Positions 39,042-48,366 of a stretch of 64,000 nt of DNA are shown piece after piece. Every line of letters begins with the position of its first letter. Position 1 is the first letter of the stretch. The stretch covers positions 66,708-130,707 of the forward strand of contig JAZKFX010000039.1 of assembly GCA_040386215.1 (NCBI GenBank), given 5' to 3'. A model generated the notes under the pieces. The model worked only from the letters and a program-made list of their open reading frames with translations, did not search any database and was not told the DNA's origin. This stretch comes from Pseudomonadota bacterium. Lineage in GTDB: Bacteria; Pseudomonadota; Gammaproteobacteria; Pseudomonadales; Cellvibrionaceae. The translations under genes were made by a program, and so were the position numbers.

Positions 39042-39808
39042 ATTTAAAAACTGTAGTTCGCGAAGCAAAAACACATTTTTATCAATCTTTTGCAAATCAT
39101 CGTGTTCCCATTAAGCTCAACCGAGCCATTATTAGTTTTACATTTGATGATGTGCCGAGAAGCGCATTTACAAACGCAGTGCCCCTACTCGATAAATACG
39201 GAATCAAGGCTACTTTTTATGTGTCAGCTGGATTAAGCAATCCTGACAACATCGCTAAGGAAAATGCATTAGATGAATACTTGCGTCCCGATGATTTGGT
39301 TAACTTAAATCAAAACAACCATCATTTAGCCTGCCATACCTACAGCCATTATCGGCTTACTGATGGCAATGCAAGCAAATTGTACCAAGACACACAAAGA
39401 AATATAGACAGCTTGCAGGTTATCTTAGGCGATGTTCCCATCGAGCATTTTTCTTATCCCTTTGGGCAAGTCAGTTTCGAGGAAAAACGCTTGCTCGCTC
39501 AACAGTATAAAACGATGCGTAGCTCTCGCCCCGGCTTAAATGCTGGTGCGACAGATCTTTATTTGCTGCGAGCGACGAGCCTTTACAGCTCAAGCTTTGA
39601 CAAACAAGCAATTGAAAATATTATTAAAAAAGCCGTTGATCTTGGAGGCTGGCTCATCTTATATACTCACGGAGTTGAGACGAATCCAGATGCCTATGGC
39701 TGCAGTCCCGAACAGTTTGAGTGGGTGCTGAAACAATGCGTGGCTTCGGGAGCGGATATTCAGCCGATAGATAAAGCTTATCAACAGATAATTAACCAGC
39801 CGGCCTAA
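39035..39808 (+). CDS. Polysaccharide deacetylase family protein
   Basis: SFTFDD, ATFYVS, CHTYSH, FSYPFG, WLILYTH; start overlaps the FkbH stop. Confidence 0.85.
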   Translation: MLNLKTVVREAKTHFYQSFANHRVPIKLNRAIISFTFDDVPRSAFTNAVPLLDKYGIKATFYVSAGLSNPDNIAKENALDEYLRPDDLVNLNQNNHHLACHTYSHYRLTDGNASKLYQDTQRNIDSLQVILGDVPIEHFSYPFGQVSFEEKRLLAQQYKTMRSSRPGLNAGATDLYLLRATSLYSSSFDKQAIENIIKKAVDLGGWLILYTHGVETNPDAYGCSPEQFEWVLKQCVASGADIQPIDKAYQQIINQPA

Positions 39809-39975
39809 GCGGGAGCAGTAAGACCGTTTTGCTCGATTCGCTATGCAAGCTCGACTTCGGCTTTTTAAAGATATGTAGAACAAAGTAAGATAAATTTTTA
39901 TCGCTGAGTAGGTAATCATAAACGTCAAAACTGATAGTCAGCAAACCTGGATTACTTATACACATTTCACGAAAA

Positions 39976-41229
39976 CTATAATCGCTTTACCTTCCCGTCA
40001 ATCATTGAAAAATCGTTAATAATACATAATGATCTTATTCCTGTGCTGGCAGAATCAAAGCAAATTTTTGTGCCGGTTCTATCCCAGCGAGGATGAAAAT
40101 CACATCGTCTTGCATGTCGAAATTTGAAAGGGATTTTGGATTTTTGCACTAAATAGCAGTCGCCGCTTTGTAAATTGCAGACGTATAAGCTTTGGATTCT
40201 CGATCTATCCGGGTAAGAGTCGGTAACCACAAATCTATCCTCATTGACTTGTGGGTGACCATCAACATTCGGGATGTTTAATAATACCGGCGTAGCAATC
40301 AATGTTTTAGCGCAAAGCGATAGGTAAGATGGCATATTTTTGTGCAGCCATCCGTAGATAAAAAGACGATCATTTCCATCCCAGGAAATATGTGAAGTGT
40401 CATAAATAGGGAAATAGCGAAGAGTGTGAGTTAATGAATCGCCAATATATAACCGAGAATAGAGCTTACCTATGACGGACTTCCAACGATGTAAAAAAAC
40501 ATAAGCATCGCCGCAACTGTTGTACATAGTATGCGTGACATAGTGATAAGCATTTGTCATAGATTCATTATTGTCTTTCGCTGAAAGCTCATCCAAGCTT
40601 ACAATCAAATGTCGCCTGTCTAATTCAATGTCGATTGCCCATAAGCCGTCATCTACTGGAGCATTTTCCTCTAGATGTTGGGAATTAAAATATTGATAGC
40701 CGTACTCATCTGTTACTTTTCGAAGTCGCCCAAAACTAAATCCAAGTATTTTTTTCCCATCAGGGTGTGCGACACCCATGTGCCCATTGATCTCTTTAAT
40801 TTTATCGCCGGCAGTATTATAAATTTGAATACATTCATGCTGATTATAATTATTAAAAGCAAATAGCCCCTCCCTTCCCAGCCATTGCAACATACTGCCT
40901 TGCTGCCAATTCCAACAGTTAGATTGTGCTATATATTGAAAAGACCCATCACTTTTTACAAAACCAATTTCTATCGGCAAGCTCTCGGCTTCAGCGGGCG
41001 ATTTTTTTTTATCGTATCTATGTGCTAATAGATAAATATTGTTGTGTGACCATGGAACCTTGTCGTGAAATCCGTAAAAACATCCTTCAATAACTTTTAA
41101 ATTATTAACGGGCTCGAAAATTTCCCCAGGGATAATAGAAAATAACTTTTGATAAATAGAGACAACCGCCTTTCGAATCCACGGATAATCGGCAATTACA
41201 TTATATATTTTTCTTTCTAAAACGTTCAT
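39976..41229 (-). CDS. Cytoplasmic beta-propeller protein (oligogalacturonate-lyase/TolB-like) of polysaccharide loci
   Basis: FYGFHDK.PW, WNWQQGSMLQW, FLHRW, DGHP, VTDSYPD, RCD.HPRW. No signal peptide. Confidence 0.6.
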   Translation of the reverse strand: MNVLERKIYNVIADYPWIRKAVVSIYQKLFSIIPGEIFEPVNNLKVIEGCFYGFHDKVPWSHNNIYLLAHRYDKKKSPAEAESLPIEIGFVKSDGSFQYIAQSNCWNWQQGSMLQWLGREGLFAFNNYNQHECIQIYNTAGDKIKEINGHMGVAHPDGKKILGFSFGRLRKVTDEYGYQYFNSQHLEENAPVDDGLWAIDIELDRRHLIVSLDELSAKDNNESMTNAYHYVTHTMYNSCGDAYVFLHRWKSVIGKLYSRLYIGDSLTHTLRYFPIYDTSHISWDGNDRLFIYGWLHKNMPSYLSLCAKTLIATPVLLNIPNVDGHPQVNEDRFVVTDSYPDRSRIQSLYVCNLQSGDCYLVQKSKIPFKFRHARRCDFHPRWDRTGTKICFDSASTGIRSLCIINDFSMIDGKVKRL

Positions 41230-41240
41230 TTGTGTCCATC

Positions 41241-42239
41241 CTAAGTAATGATTTTCTTTATTCCCTGAAGATTTTTTTCAAACTCTTCGTTAAGAAATAT
41301 TTTTAATTTTTCCATTTCCGCAACTAACATAATCCTATTTTTCATAGCTATTTCCGCAGCAGCAATAATATCAGGTGCGTTATTTTCAGTATAAGCAGCA
41401 GCAGCGCCTAGCATGTCCACCAACGATTTCTTTTTACTAGTTAAGTAAGCACTACCTGCCGCCATGGCCTCAAATCCAGCTGACTGAACACAAGAATCCT
41501 CCGTTGTTAAGGATATGATTAATGTTGCATCAGATAGCAGCGACTGGTACCTAGATTCATCTAGATATCCAGTAAAATTAATTTCGTTACTGTCTAGTAT
41601 CCATCTATATTTTTTAGGGACATTTCCTGTCATATATATTTTACAAATCCTTGAAAGAGATTTTGCAGCACTTACCATTTCAGCAATCGGCTCATCTTTA
41701 TCGTATGAGCACACAAAAACGATACTTTCTTCCACGAGAACTTTTCGCGTATCGTCTGAGGTAAAATTTCGGGAGAATATCGGAATCGGGTCGCGTAGCA
41801 CTGTATAGCTTTTGCTGAAATTCAACACATCCAGTGACTGGTCAGGATTATGAATAATGCATAAAGTAGATTTTGTGAAACTCCATTTTTTTATTTTATG
41901 AAAGATATTTCCAAATCTTCCAGAAACTGATCTTTTAAGCGCTTTAGTATGACAATCGCAGATCAGTATTATGGGTCCTATATTAATCACTTTATAAATT
42001 GACAATATGGCCAACAATAAAAACGAATATTGTATGACAATTATTTTTGGACGTTTTGCTAATAGATGAAATATAGTCCAAATTGCGCATTTAACAAATC
42101 TGTAGAGGGCGAGCCCCTCCGGCTGAATCGCCAGAAGGTTTAAGGACAACTTTTCCGCTAAGTTACGAGATCGTTGCGATTTGTGCCAAGACATAAAAAC
42201 ATTCCTAAATTTCTCCTTTTTCATATAACCTGATTCCAA
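41241..42239 (-). CDS. Glycosyltransferase (GT-B fold, GT4-like)
   Basis: FVCSY.KDEP, INFTGYL, SAGFEAMAAG. Confidence 0.75.
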   Translation of the reverse strand: MESGYMKKEKFRNVFMSWHKSQRSRNLAEKLSLNLLAIQPEGLALYRFVKCAIWTIFHLLAKRPKIIVIQYSFLLLAILSIYKVINIGPIILICDCHTKALKRSVSGRFGNIFHKIKKWSFTKSTLCIIHNPDQSLDVLNFSKSYTVLRDPIPIFSRNFTSDDTRKVLVEESIVFVCSYDKDEPIAEMVSAAKSLSRICKIYMTGNVPKKYRWILDSNEINFTGYLDESRYQSLLSDATLIISLTTEDSCVQSAGFEAMAAGSAYLTSKKKSLVDMLGAAAAYTENNAPDIIAAAEIAMKNRIMLVAEMEKLKIFLNEEFEKNLQGIKKIIT

Positions 42240-42288
42240 TGAATTTTAATAGCAATGTACAACACATTATAAAGAGAGAATATACCAT

Positions 42289-44094
42289 TTATTTATCCCC
42301 CATAAATCCTTTTTCCATTAGATCCTGGAATTGTTTATTTGATCGCATAAGCTCCACGTAAGAACCTTCGGCGCTAATAATCCCATCAGTGATGATGCAT
42401 ATTTTATCGGATAACTTGATGGCAGCTGGACGATGCGAGATAACAATAGTGAGAACATCTTTTTTTAACTTTTCTAACAAGGTCATCAGCTCAAACTCTG
42501 ATTCAATATCAAGTGCGCTGGTAGGCTCATCTAATATGAGCACTTTATTGTCCCGATAAAGCGCTCGGGCAATTCCTATCCGCTGCCTTTGACCCCCACT
42601 CAGTAGTTTACCGTCCTGACCTAAACTTGAGTTAATACCAAGCGGAAGCTTCTCCACAAATTCCATTGCATTGGCTTGCCTCAACGCATTTGTAGCTTTT
42701 TCAATATCAATTTCATTAACCTCCATACCAAATGCTACATTCGCTATAACGGTATCATCTAAAATAAATATATGTTGCGGTACGTAGCCAATGCTATGTT
42801 GGTAATTACTAAGTGCTTGACCAGTTAGCAATTTATTATCTGCTTCTATATGACCCGACATTGGCTCCAGAAGGCCAAGCATAATATCAGCTAATGTAGA
42901 CTTGCCTGAGCCTGAGGGCCCCGCGATTGTATTTAATTCTCCCTTGTTAAACTCTATGCTGATTTCATTTAAGACGGGGCCTATTGCACGCGGATATTTA
43001 TATACAATTTTGCAAAGTTTAATTTGATTAATGGAAGCTAGTGGCTCATGCGAATGGGGAGTAGGAGGATCTATGTGCTGATCTAGTTGCAATTTAAGTT
43101 CTGCTACAACACTACCATTCGCGCTTATATTGGCAGCAGATTTATATATCTGCTGCATAGTTGGAAGCAGCTTATAACCTGCGATGGCATAAATACTAAG
43201 AATGGCAACAACACTTCCGTCATTTCCCTTGGCCAACAAAAGTACAATTGCAAACGCAAGAATTGCTCCAAAAGATATTGCCTCTATAGCAAATTTTGGA
43301 AGATCCCCCGCTAAAACAATATACGCAGAAGAATTAAGACCCGAGAAATTAGCTTTTTGGTAAATGCTGCTGTACTTACTTTCAAGCATATTAAGCTTGA
43401 TATCTTTAATACCTATAAAAGACTCAGAAAGAACTGATTGAATAGCTTCATGCCGATCAGTCACTGTCTTACCATGCTTAAGTAACGATTTTTTGATAAT
43501 CCAATAGATAGCAAGATAGGCGCCGCCAATAATTAATGCCGACGCCATTGCAATTATTGGATTAAGAAGAAAGAGGCCAATTAAAATAATAAATGCAATA
43601 AAAAGATTACTGCAAAGCAAGAGATAGGGCTGCAAAACCATATATACAAATCGAGGAGCTTCCTGGGCGATGGTAGCTATGAGCTGCGTATAATTAGTGC
43701 TTTTATGAAATAAATAATTTCTATTCAAAAAGTTACTGTACAACCTATATTGCAGATCGCTCCCGATGGCTATTGAGAATTTTAGTAAAAACCATAGCGT
43801 GGCCGCGGAAACAGCATTTGATAAAAAAATCATACTTATTGATAATATTGCAAATGCGATAATGAAATCCTGGTCGTTATTTACCGGAAGAAAATCATAT
43901 AAAAATTGTAAATGTTGATTGGTGTGAATGGTTTCAGAATTCGATATTATTCCGATAAAGGGGGCGATGCTAGCGGCACCCACCACTTGAACTATAGCGG
44001 AGAAAACAAAAAATAACTGCAATAACAGCATTTTTGATTTCTGTTCTGGCGGCAATAATTTAAAAATATTACGAATTATTTGGAAAATGTACAT
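42289..44094 (-). CDS. ABC exporter, fused permease and ATPase (PglK/WlaB-like)
   Basis: About 6 TMs; Walker A GPSGSGKST, YVPQ, LSGGQRQR, ILDEPTSALD, ISHR. Confidence 0.9.
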   Translation of the reverse strand: MYIFQIIRNIFKLLPPEQKSKMLLLQLFFVFSAIVQVVGAASIAPFIGIISNSETIHTNQHLQFLYDFLPVNNDQDFIIAFAILSISMIFLSNAVSAATLWFLLKFSIAIGSDLQYRLYSNFLNRNYLFHKSTNYTQLIATIAQEAPRFVYMVLQPYLLLCSNLFIAFIILIGLFLLNPIIAMASALIIGGAYLAIYWIIKKSLLKHGKTVTDRHEAIQSVLSESFIGIKDIKLNMLESKYSSIYQKANFSGLNSSAYIVLAGDLPKFAIEAISFGAILAFAIVLLLAKGNDGSVVAILSIYAIAGYKLLPTMQQIYKSAANISANGSVVAELKLQLDQHIDPPTPHSHEPLASINQIKLCKIVYKYPRAIGPVLNEISIEFNKGELNTIAGPSGSGKSTLADIMLGLLEPMSGHIEADNKLLTGQALSNYQHSIGYVPQHIFILDDTVIANVAFGMEVNEIDIEKATNALRQANAMEFVEKLPLGINSSLGQDGKLLSGGQRQRIGIARALYRDNKVLILDEPTSALDIESEFELMTLLEKLKKDVLTIVISHRPAAIKLSDKICIITDGIISAEGSYVELMRSNKQFQDLMEKGFMGDK

Positions 44095-44162
44095 CGAATA
44101 AGACCCTATAATTTGTCGTCTGTGTTAGGCACCGCTTTGCACTTTGGATATAAAATGCCTAC

Positions 44163-45299
44163 TCACGAATTGTTTCTTATTAAATTTGAAAAATTTTCAA
44201 TTTGATTTTTGATGGAAAATAATTTTTCAGCCCTAAGCCTGGAAGCCAATGAAAACTGCCTAGCCAATTCGGAGTGCGATATAAGCATGCTTATTCTATG
44301 GCAAAGCTCCTGATAATCCCCTGGCACAATAAGAAATCCATTTTTTTCATGCTCAATGGTTTCAGATAGTCCCTGCAAATTGGAGACAATCAAAGGAAGC
44401 CCAGAGGCCATCATTTCTATACTAGACATAGTAAATGAATCCCATCCCGTTGATGCAATAACACCTATGTGTGAACCGCGCATTAATTCAGGAATGTCTA
44501 ATCTGTACCCTGCAAAAGTCACATGCTTAGAAGCTTGTTTGTTTTCAAGTAATGCCTTGTACAAATCTGCCTCATTGTGTTTGTTCCCACAAATAACAAA
44601 ATGAACATCTAAAAAATTTAATTGGTCGACCATGTGTATAGCAGCTTGAACAATAACCCTTACGCCTTTGCGCTCTTCCATATGACCGGAATAAAAAACA
44701 ATTTTTCGATTGGCTGGAATATTTAAAGCTTCATAGGTGTAACTTTCTTGATTATAGTTCGGTTTAAATTTATTGGTATCAACGCCAAGATAGATAATAT
44801 CCGTTACATTTCTTTTTACTCCTCTTCCGTGAGTGGCAGTTTGACGCATAGCTTCAGATTCAAAAATAAAGATATCAGGTTTGTTTGTAGTGAGCTGGCA
44901 CTCCAGCTTTTTTAGTCCTAGTTTAATTCCCGAATTAATGCTACTCATACTTGCCCCTTGGTACGAGATAATTCTTTTTACTCCAGCACGTTTTAAAACC
45001 GGTATTACCGGGCAAGGAAATCCGAGATCAAAAGCTAACACAATAACAATATTATTTTTTTCGATGAGCTGTTTTAATGTCTTGTGGGATTTTTTGTCAC
45101 GATAATCACATTCAATGATGTGTGGGTTGTTTTTAGTTATCGTTGTTTTGAATGACCAAAAAATCTGATCATCGGAAAATCCTGCGTTTTTCGCTGCAGC
45201 TAAAAATACCGCCTCTAAGGATGCAATTGCATAGCCCGTATTTTCAGCGCAATGAATCATAATTAAGATGGATTTTTTATTCACTTGGAAAATATCCAT
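44163..45299 (-). CDS. Glycosyltransferase family 4
   Basis: YLGVDT, GHMEERKG, WDSFTMSSIEMMASGLP. Confidence 0.88.
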   Translation of the reverse strand: MDIFQVNKKSILIMIHCAENTGYAIASLEAVFLAAAKNAGFSDDQIFWSFKTTITKNNPHIIECDYRDKKSHKTLKQLIEKNNIVIVLAFDLGFPCPVIPVLKRAGVKRIISYQGASMSSINSGIKLGLKKLECQLTTNKPDIFIFESEAMRQTATHGRGVKRNVTDIIYLGVDTNKFKPNYNQESYTYEALNIPANRKIVFYSGHMEERKGVRVIVQAAIHMVDQLNFLDVHFVICGNKHNEADLYKALLENKQASKHVTFAGYRLDIPELMRGSHIGVIASTGWDSFTMSSIEMMASGLPLIVSNLQGLSETIEHEKNGFLIVPGDYQELCHRISMLISHSELARQFSLASRLRAEKLFSIKNQIENFSNLIRNNS

Positions 45300-46219
45300 A
45301 ATCTGATAAAAGTTAAATGCTTTAAGATGTTCAGGTAGTGGTAAAATCGTTCAGGCTTTTTCCCTGTAATTTGGTAATAGACACTGAGAGCGCATGATCT
45401 CGCCAGCGCTATCAAATTATCAATAATCGCTCGTACTGGACGCCCTAGAAAGGTTTTTCTCGCCATAATTTTTGCGATGTGGTGCGTAGAGTAAGCACCA
45501 TCAATGAATTGCTTTTTTATATTTTCAGCCAAGTATTCCCTATCTTTCAATCTATGACCAACAGGCGCATCAGGGAAATACAGAAGACGTTTTTTTTGCT
45601 CCACCATTCTTCTGTAAAGCAGAGTTTCTTCCCCGGCGATTAATTTAGCCCCACTTCTGCCAAGTGCAGGATCAAACCCGCCCAACTCAAGTACCAATGA
45701 TTTTTTTATACAGAAATTTTTCCCATAAAACTCTTTGTGAATATCAGAAATAATGATTGATTGATCACCGTAATCTACTCCGACAAAACAAGGCGTGTAT
45801 TCTGGCAAAAACCACCAAGGCTTATCCTTTGCCCAAATAATATTGATTCGACTGTAAAGGCAGTCTGGACTATTTTTTTCAATATGCTGCAAATAGGAAT
45901 CCAGCCAGTGTGGCGGAATATCTGCATCGTCATCAGTAAATAAAATATATTCACCGCGAGCCTTAGCAACACCCGTATTACGTGCGTGCGACAAACCTTG
46001 GCGCGGCTCAAAAAAGTAGGAGCTGGTAATCGCCTGGTCTTGGGCGAAATTAAGATATACTTTTTTTGTATGGTCCGGTGAATTGTTGTCCACCACGATA
46101 ATTTCAAAATTTTCTTTATGCTGCGTGACTTGCGCCGATAATTGTTGTAGCGTAATCGCTAGTGAATCTGCGTTATTATACGTGCAGATTACCACGCTGA
46201 TAATGGGCTTCGGGTTCAT
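45281..46219 (-). CDS. Glycosyltransferase family 2
   Basis: SVVICTYN, VVDNNS, GLSHARNTG, FTDDD, GFDP.LGR, GEET. Confidence 0.9.
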   Translation of the reverse strand: MNPKPIISVVICTYNNADSLAITLQQLSAQVTQHKENFEIIVVDNNSPDHTKKVYLNFAQDQAITSSYFFEPRQGLSHARNTGVAKARGEYILFTDDDADIPPHWLDSYLQHIEKNSPDCLYSRINIIWAKDKPWWFLPEYTPCFVGVDYGDQSIIISDIHKEFYGKNFCIKKSLVLELGGFDPALGRSGAKLIAGEETLLYRRMVEQKKRLLYFPDAPVGHRLKDREYLAENIKKQFIDGAYSTHHIAKIMARKTFLGRPVRAIIDNLIALARSCALSVYYQITGKKPERFYHYLNILKHLTFIRLWIFSK

Positions 46220-46282
46220 GTGGCATCTCAGTAAAAATGTGCAAATTTATTCAACAAATTTCATGTTCGGTATGCTTCTGGA

Positions 46283-47140
46283 TTAAAGTCTTTTCATTAA
46301 ATTTTCCATCCAAAATTCCAATGCTGCTAATATTTCTCTTATGCTTGTTGGAATAGATTGCCAACGTATTTTCTTTAGCCAGGCAATAACATAGGCTTTG
46401 CGAGTCCCTGGCTTTAAAAGTCGTTTTGCAAAATAGGCACCCCTACCTTTATCGTATTGTTTCGACAAACTCAGCGCATCACTTTGCAGTCTTCGTCTAT
46501 GATGATGAAATATTACCACCCTTGGATCATAGACACCTTGCCAGCCAAGCCGCAGAGCTTCTGCCATGATATCTACATCCTCACAAGGGTATTTTCTACC
46601 AGCACCAAAACGCTCATCAAAACCACCAGTAGCTAAGAGAGCCGTTCGCCTAAAAGTAAAATTGGCACCGTGAATGATTCCGGCCGCTAAATAACTTGAA
46701 GGCTTAAATTCTATTCTTGAATTGTGGGTCTGGATTGTTATTGGAATATCCTGAGGATCGAAAAGTAAAACCTTACCACCAACAAAGCCCAATTGTTTAT
46801 CTTCATTCAGAACTGCAACAATTGCATCCACGAAGTCTGCTTGCGGATAACAATCATCATCAGTAAATGCAATATATTCACCTTTAGCAAGCTTACATCC
46901 TGTATTTTTTGCAGCACTGGAACCCCTAGTTGTTTCTATTGTGGCCTGAACAGGAATGTCGGCGTAACGCTTAAAAGCTTCGATAACCTCCTGCGTGTGG
47001 TCTTCCGAATTATTATCTACAATAATTAATTCCCAACTAAACACACTTTGAATTTTGCTGATGCTCTTCAAGCAAACTTTAAGCTGCTCGGCTCTATTCT
47101 TTGTACAAAGGACTAATGAGACTTTTGGGCAGGTGTTCAT
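46283..47140 (-). CDS. Glycosyltransferase family 2
   Basis: LVLCTKNR, IVDNNS, AKNTG, FTDDD, GFDERFG, EDVD. Confidence 0.9.
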   Translation of the reverse strand: MNTCPKVSLVLCTKNRAEQLKVCLKSISKIQSVFSWELIIVDNNSEDHTQEVIEAFKRYADIPVQATIETTRGSSAAKNTGCKLAKGEYIAFTDDDCYPQADFVDAIVAVLNEDKQLGFVGGKVLLFDPQDIPITIQTHNSRIEFKPSSYLAAGIIHGANFTFRRTALLATGGFDERFGAGRKYPCEDVDIMAEALRLGWQGVYDPRVVIFHHHRRRLQSDALSLSKQYDKGRGAYFAKRLLKPGTRKAYVIAWLKKIRWQSIPTSIREILAALEFWMENLMKRL

Positions 47141-47150
47141 ACCTAAACTC

Positions 47151-48257
47151 TCATAATTTTTTGTATAAGCTTAAGGTGTCAATGAAATTTCTATGAGCGG
47201 TATATTTTTCATTCAAACTAACGACTACTTTGTTCTTTGAGAGCAATTTACTCACCTTTTCGGCATAGCCTTCCGGAGAATGGTTTGCAACTAATAATGC
47301 AGGGTAGTCTTGTAAGATATCGGTTAGCCCACCCGTATCATGGGCAACTAAAGGTGTTCCTACCGCCATCGCTTCTAACGCCGACATAGGCGTACCCTCA
47401 TGATCAGAACACATAACCATAATATCAAGCGACTTAATGCATGATGCCATATCCTGCCTGTGCCCATGAAAATAAATATTTTCAGTTAAACCGAGCTGTT
47501 TTACCTTCAGCTCCATTGTAGCTCTTAACTTACCATCGCCAATAATATGAAACTTAAATGCTTGCGACTCGGATATTTGATTCATGAGCATAGCCGCCAT
47601 ATCCAAAAAAATATCGATACGCTTTACCGGCTCAATTCTCCCCACGATTCCTATATGCTTATGGTGTGGTGCTCTGGTAAGAAAATCAGCCTCGCCCGCT
47701 TGAGCAAGAAGTGCAGCCCGATCAACGCCATTACGAATAACATGAATTTTTTTTTCAGGAAAGATATTGACCAGTTGGGATGCCAGCTCCTGTGATACGG
47801 CGATAATCGCATGCTGAAGAAAGCGGCCAGTCCAGTTATCTAACCAAATCTGGATCCGCTGCTTACCCGCTGGAATAAATTCAGGGGCTCCATGACTGGT
47901 ACGCACCGACTTCGTATACTTGCCTGTCAGGAGCATTGTCATGCAGTTAGCTATAGAGCTCAAAATATTTTCTTTTCGCCGATGTGTATGCAGCACATCT
48001 GGCTTAAAGCTCCGAATAAGGCGGGCAATTTCTCGAGTAATATCAAGGCTGCCGTGGTTTGATTCCAGCAATAAAGTAACTGGTATGTTTAGGCTTTGTA
48101 ATCTCTGCGCCAGCTCACCATGATTCATAATAACTACGTGCAGCTGCACTGCAGTATGCAAATGCGACAGCAACGTAAAGGCTTGCACCTCGGCACCGGC
48201 CCAAAGATCACCAGAAATGATGTGCATTACACGTAATGGGCGGTTTAGAATTGGCAT
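47151..48257 (-). CDS. Glycosyltransferase family 4
   Basis: GDLWAGAE, VIRNGVD, GRIEPVK, SDHEGTPMSALEAMAVG. Confidence 0.9.
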   Translation of the reverse strand: MPILNRPLRVMHIISGDLWAGAEVQAFTLLSHLHTAVQLHVVIMNHGELAQRLQSLNIPVTLLLESNHGSLDITREIARLIRSFKPDVLHTHRRKENILSSIANCMTMLLTGKYTKSVRTSHGAPEFIPAGKQRIQIWLDNWTGRFLQHAIIAVSQELASQLVNIFPEKKIHVIRNGVDRAALLAQAGEADFLTRAPHHKHIGIVGRIEPVKRIDIFLDMAAMLMNQISESQAFKFHIIGDGKLRATMELKVKQLGLTENIYFHGHRQDMASCIKSLDIMVMCSDHEGTPMSALEAMAVGTPLVAHDTGGLTDILQDYPALLVANHSPEGYAEKVSKLLSKNKVVVSLNEKYTAHRNFIDTLSLYKKL

Positions 48258-48366
48258 TGATAACGCATCCTTAGCTAAGCTGCTTAACTGCGCACTCAGA
48301 GGTGAGATATTAACGGTTCCTGATCTGTAGGAAAAGGGGCTTCATAGAAGACATTGAGGAATAAAA

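Noticed and set aside
44126-44141. AGGCACCGCTTTGCA as a sigma54 promoter
   Set aside because: The GG-GC spacing is 9 rather than 10, and it faces away from the adjacent minus-strand gene.
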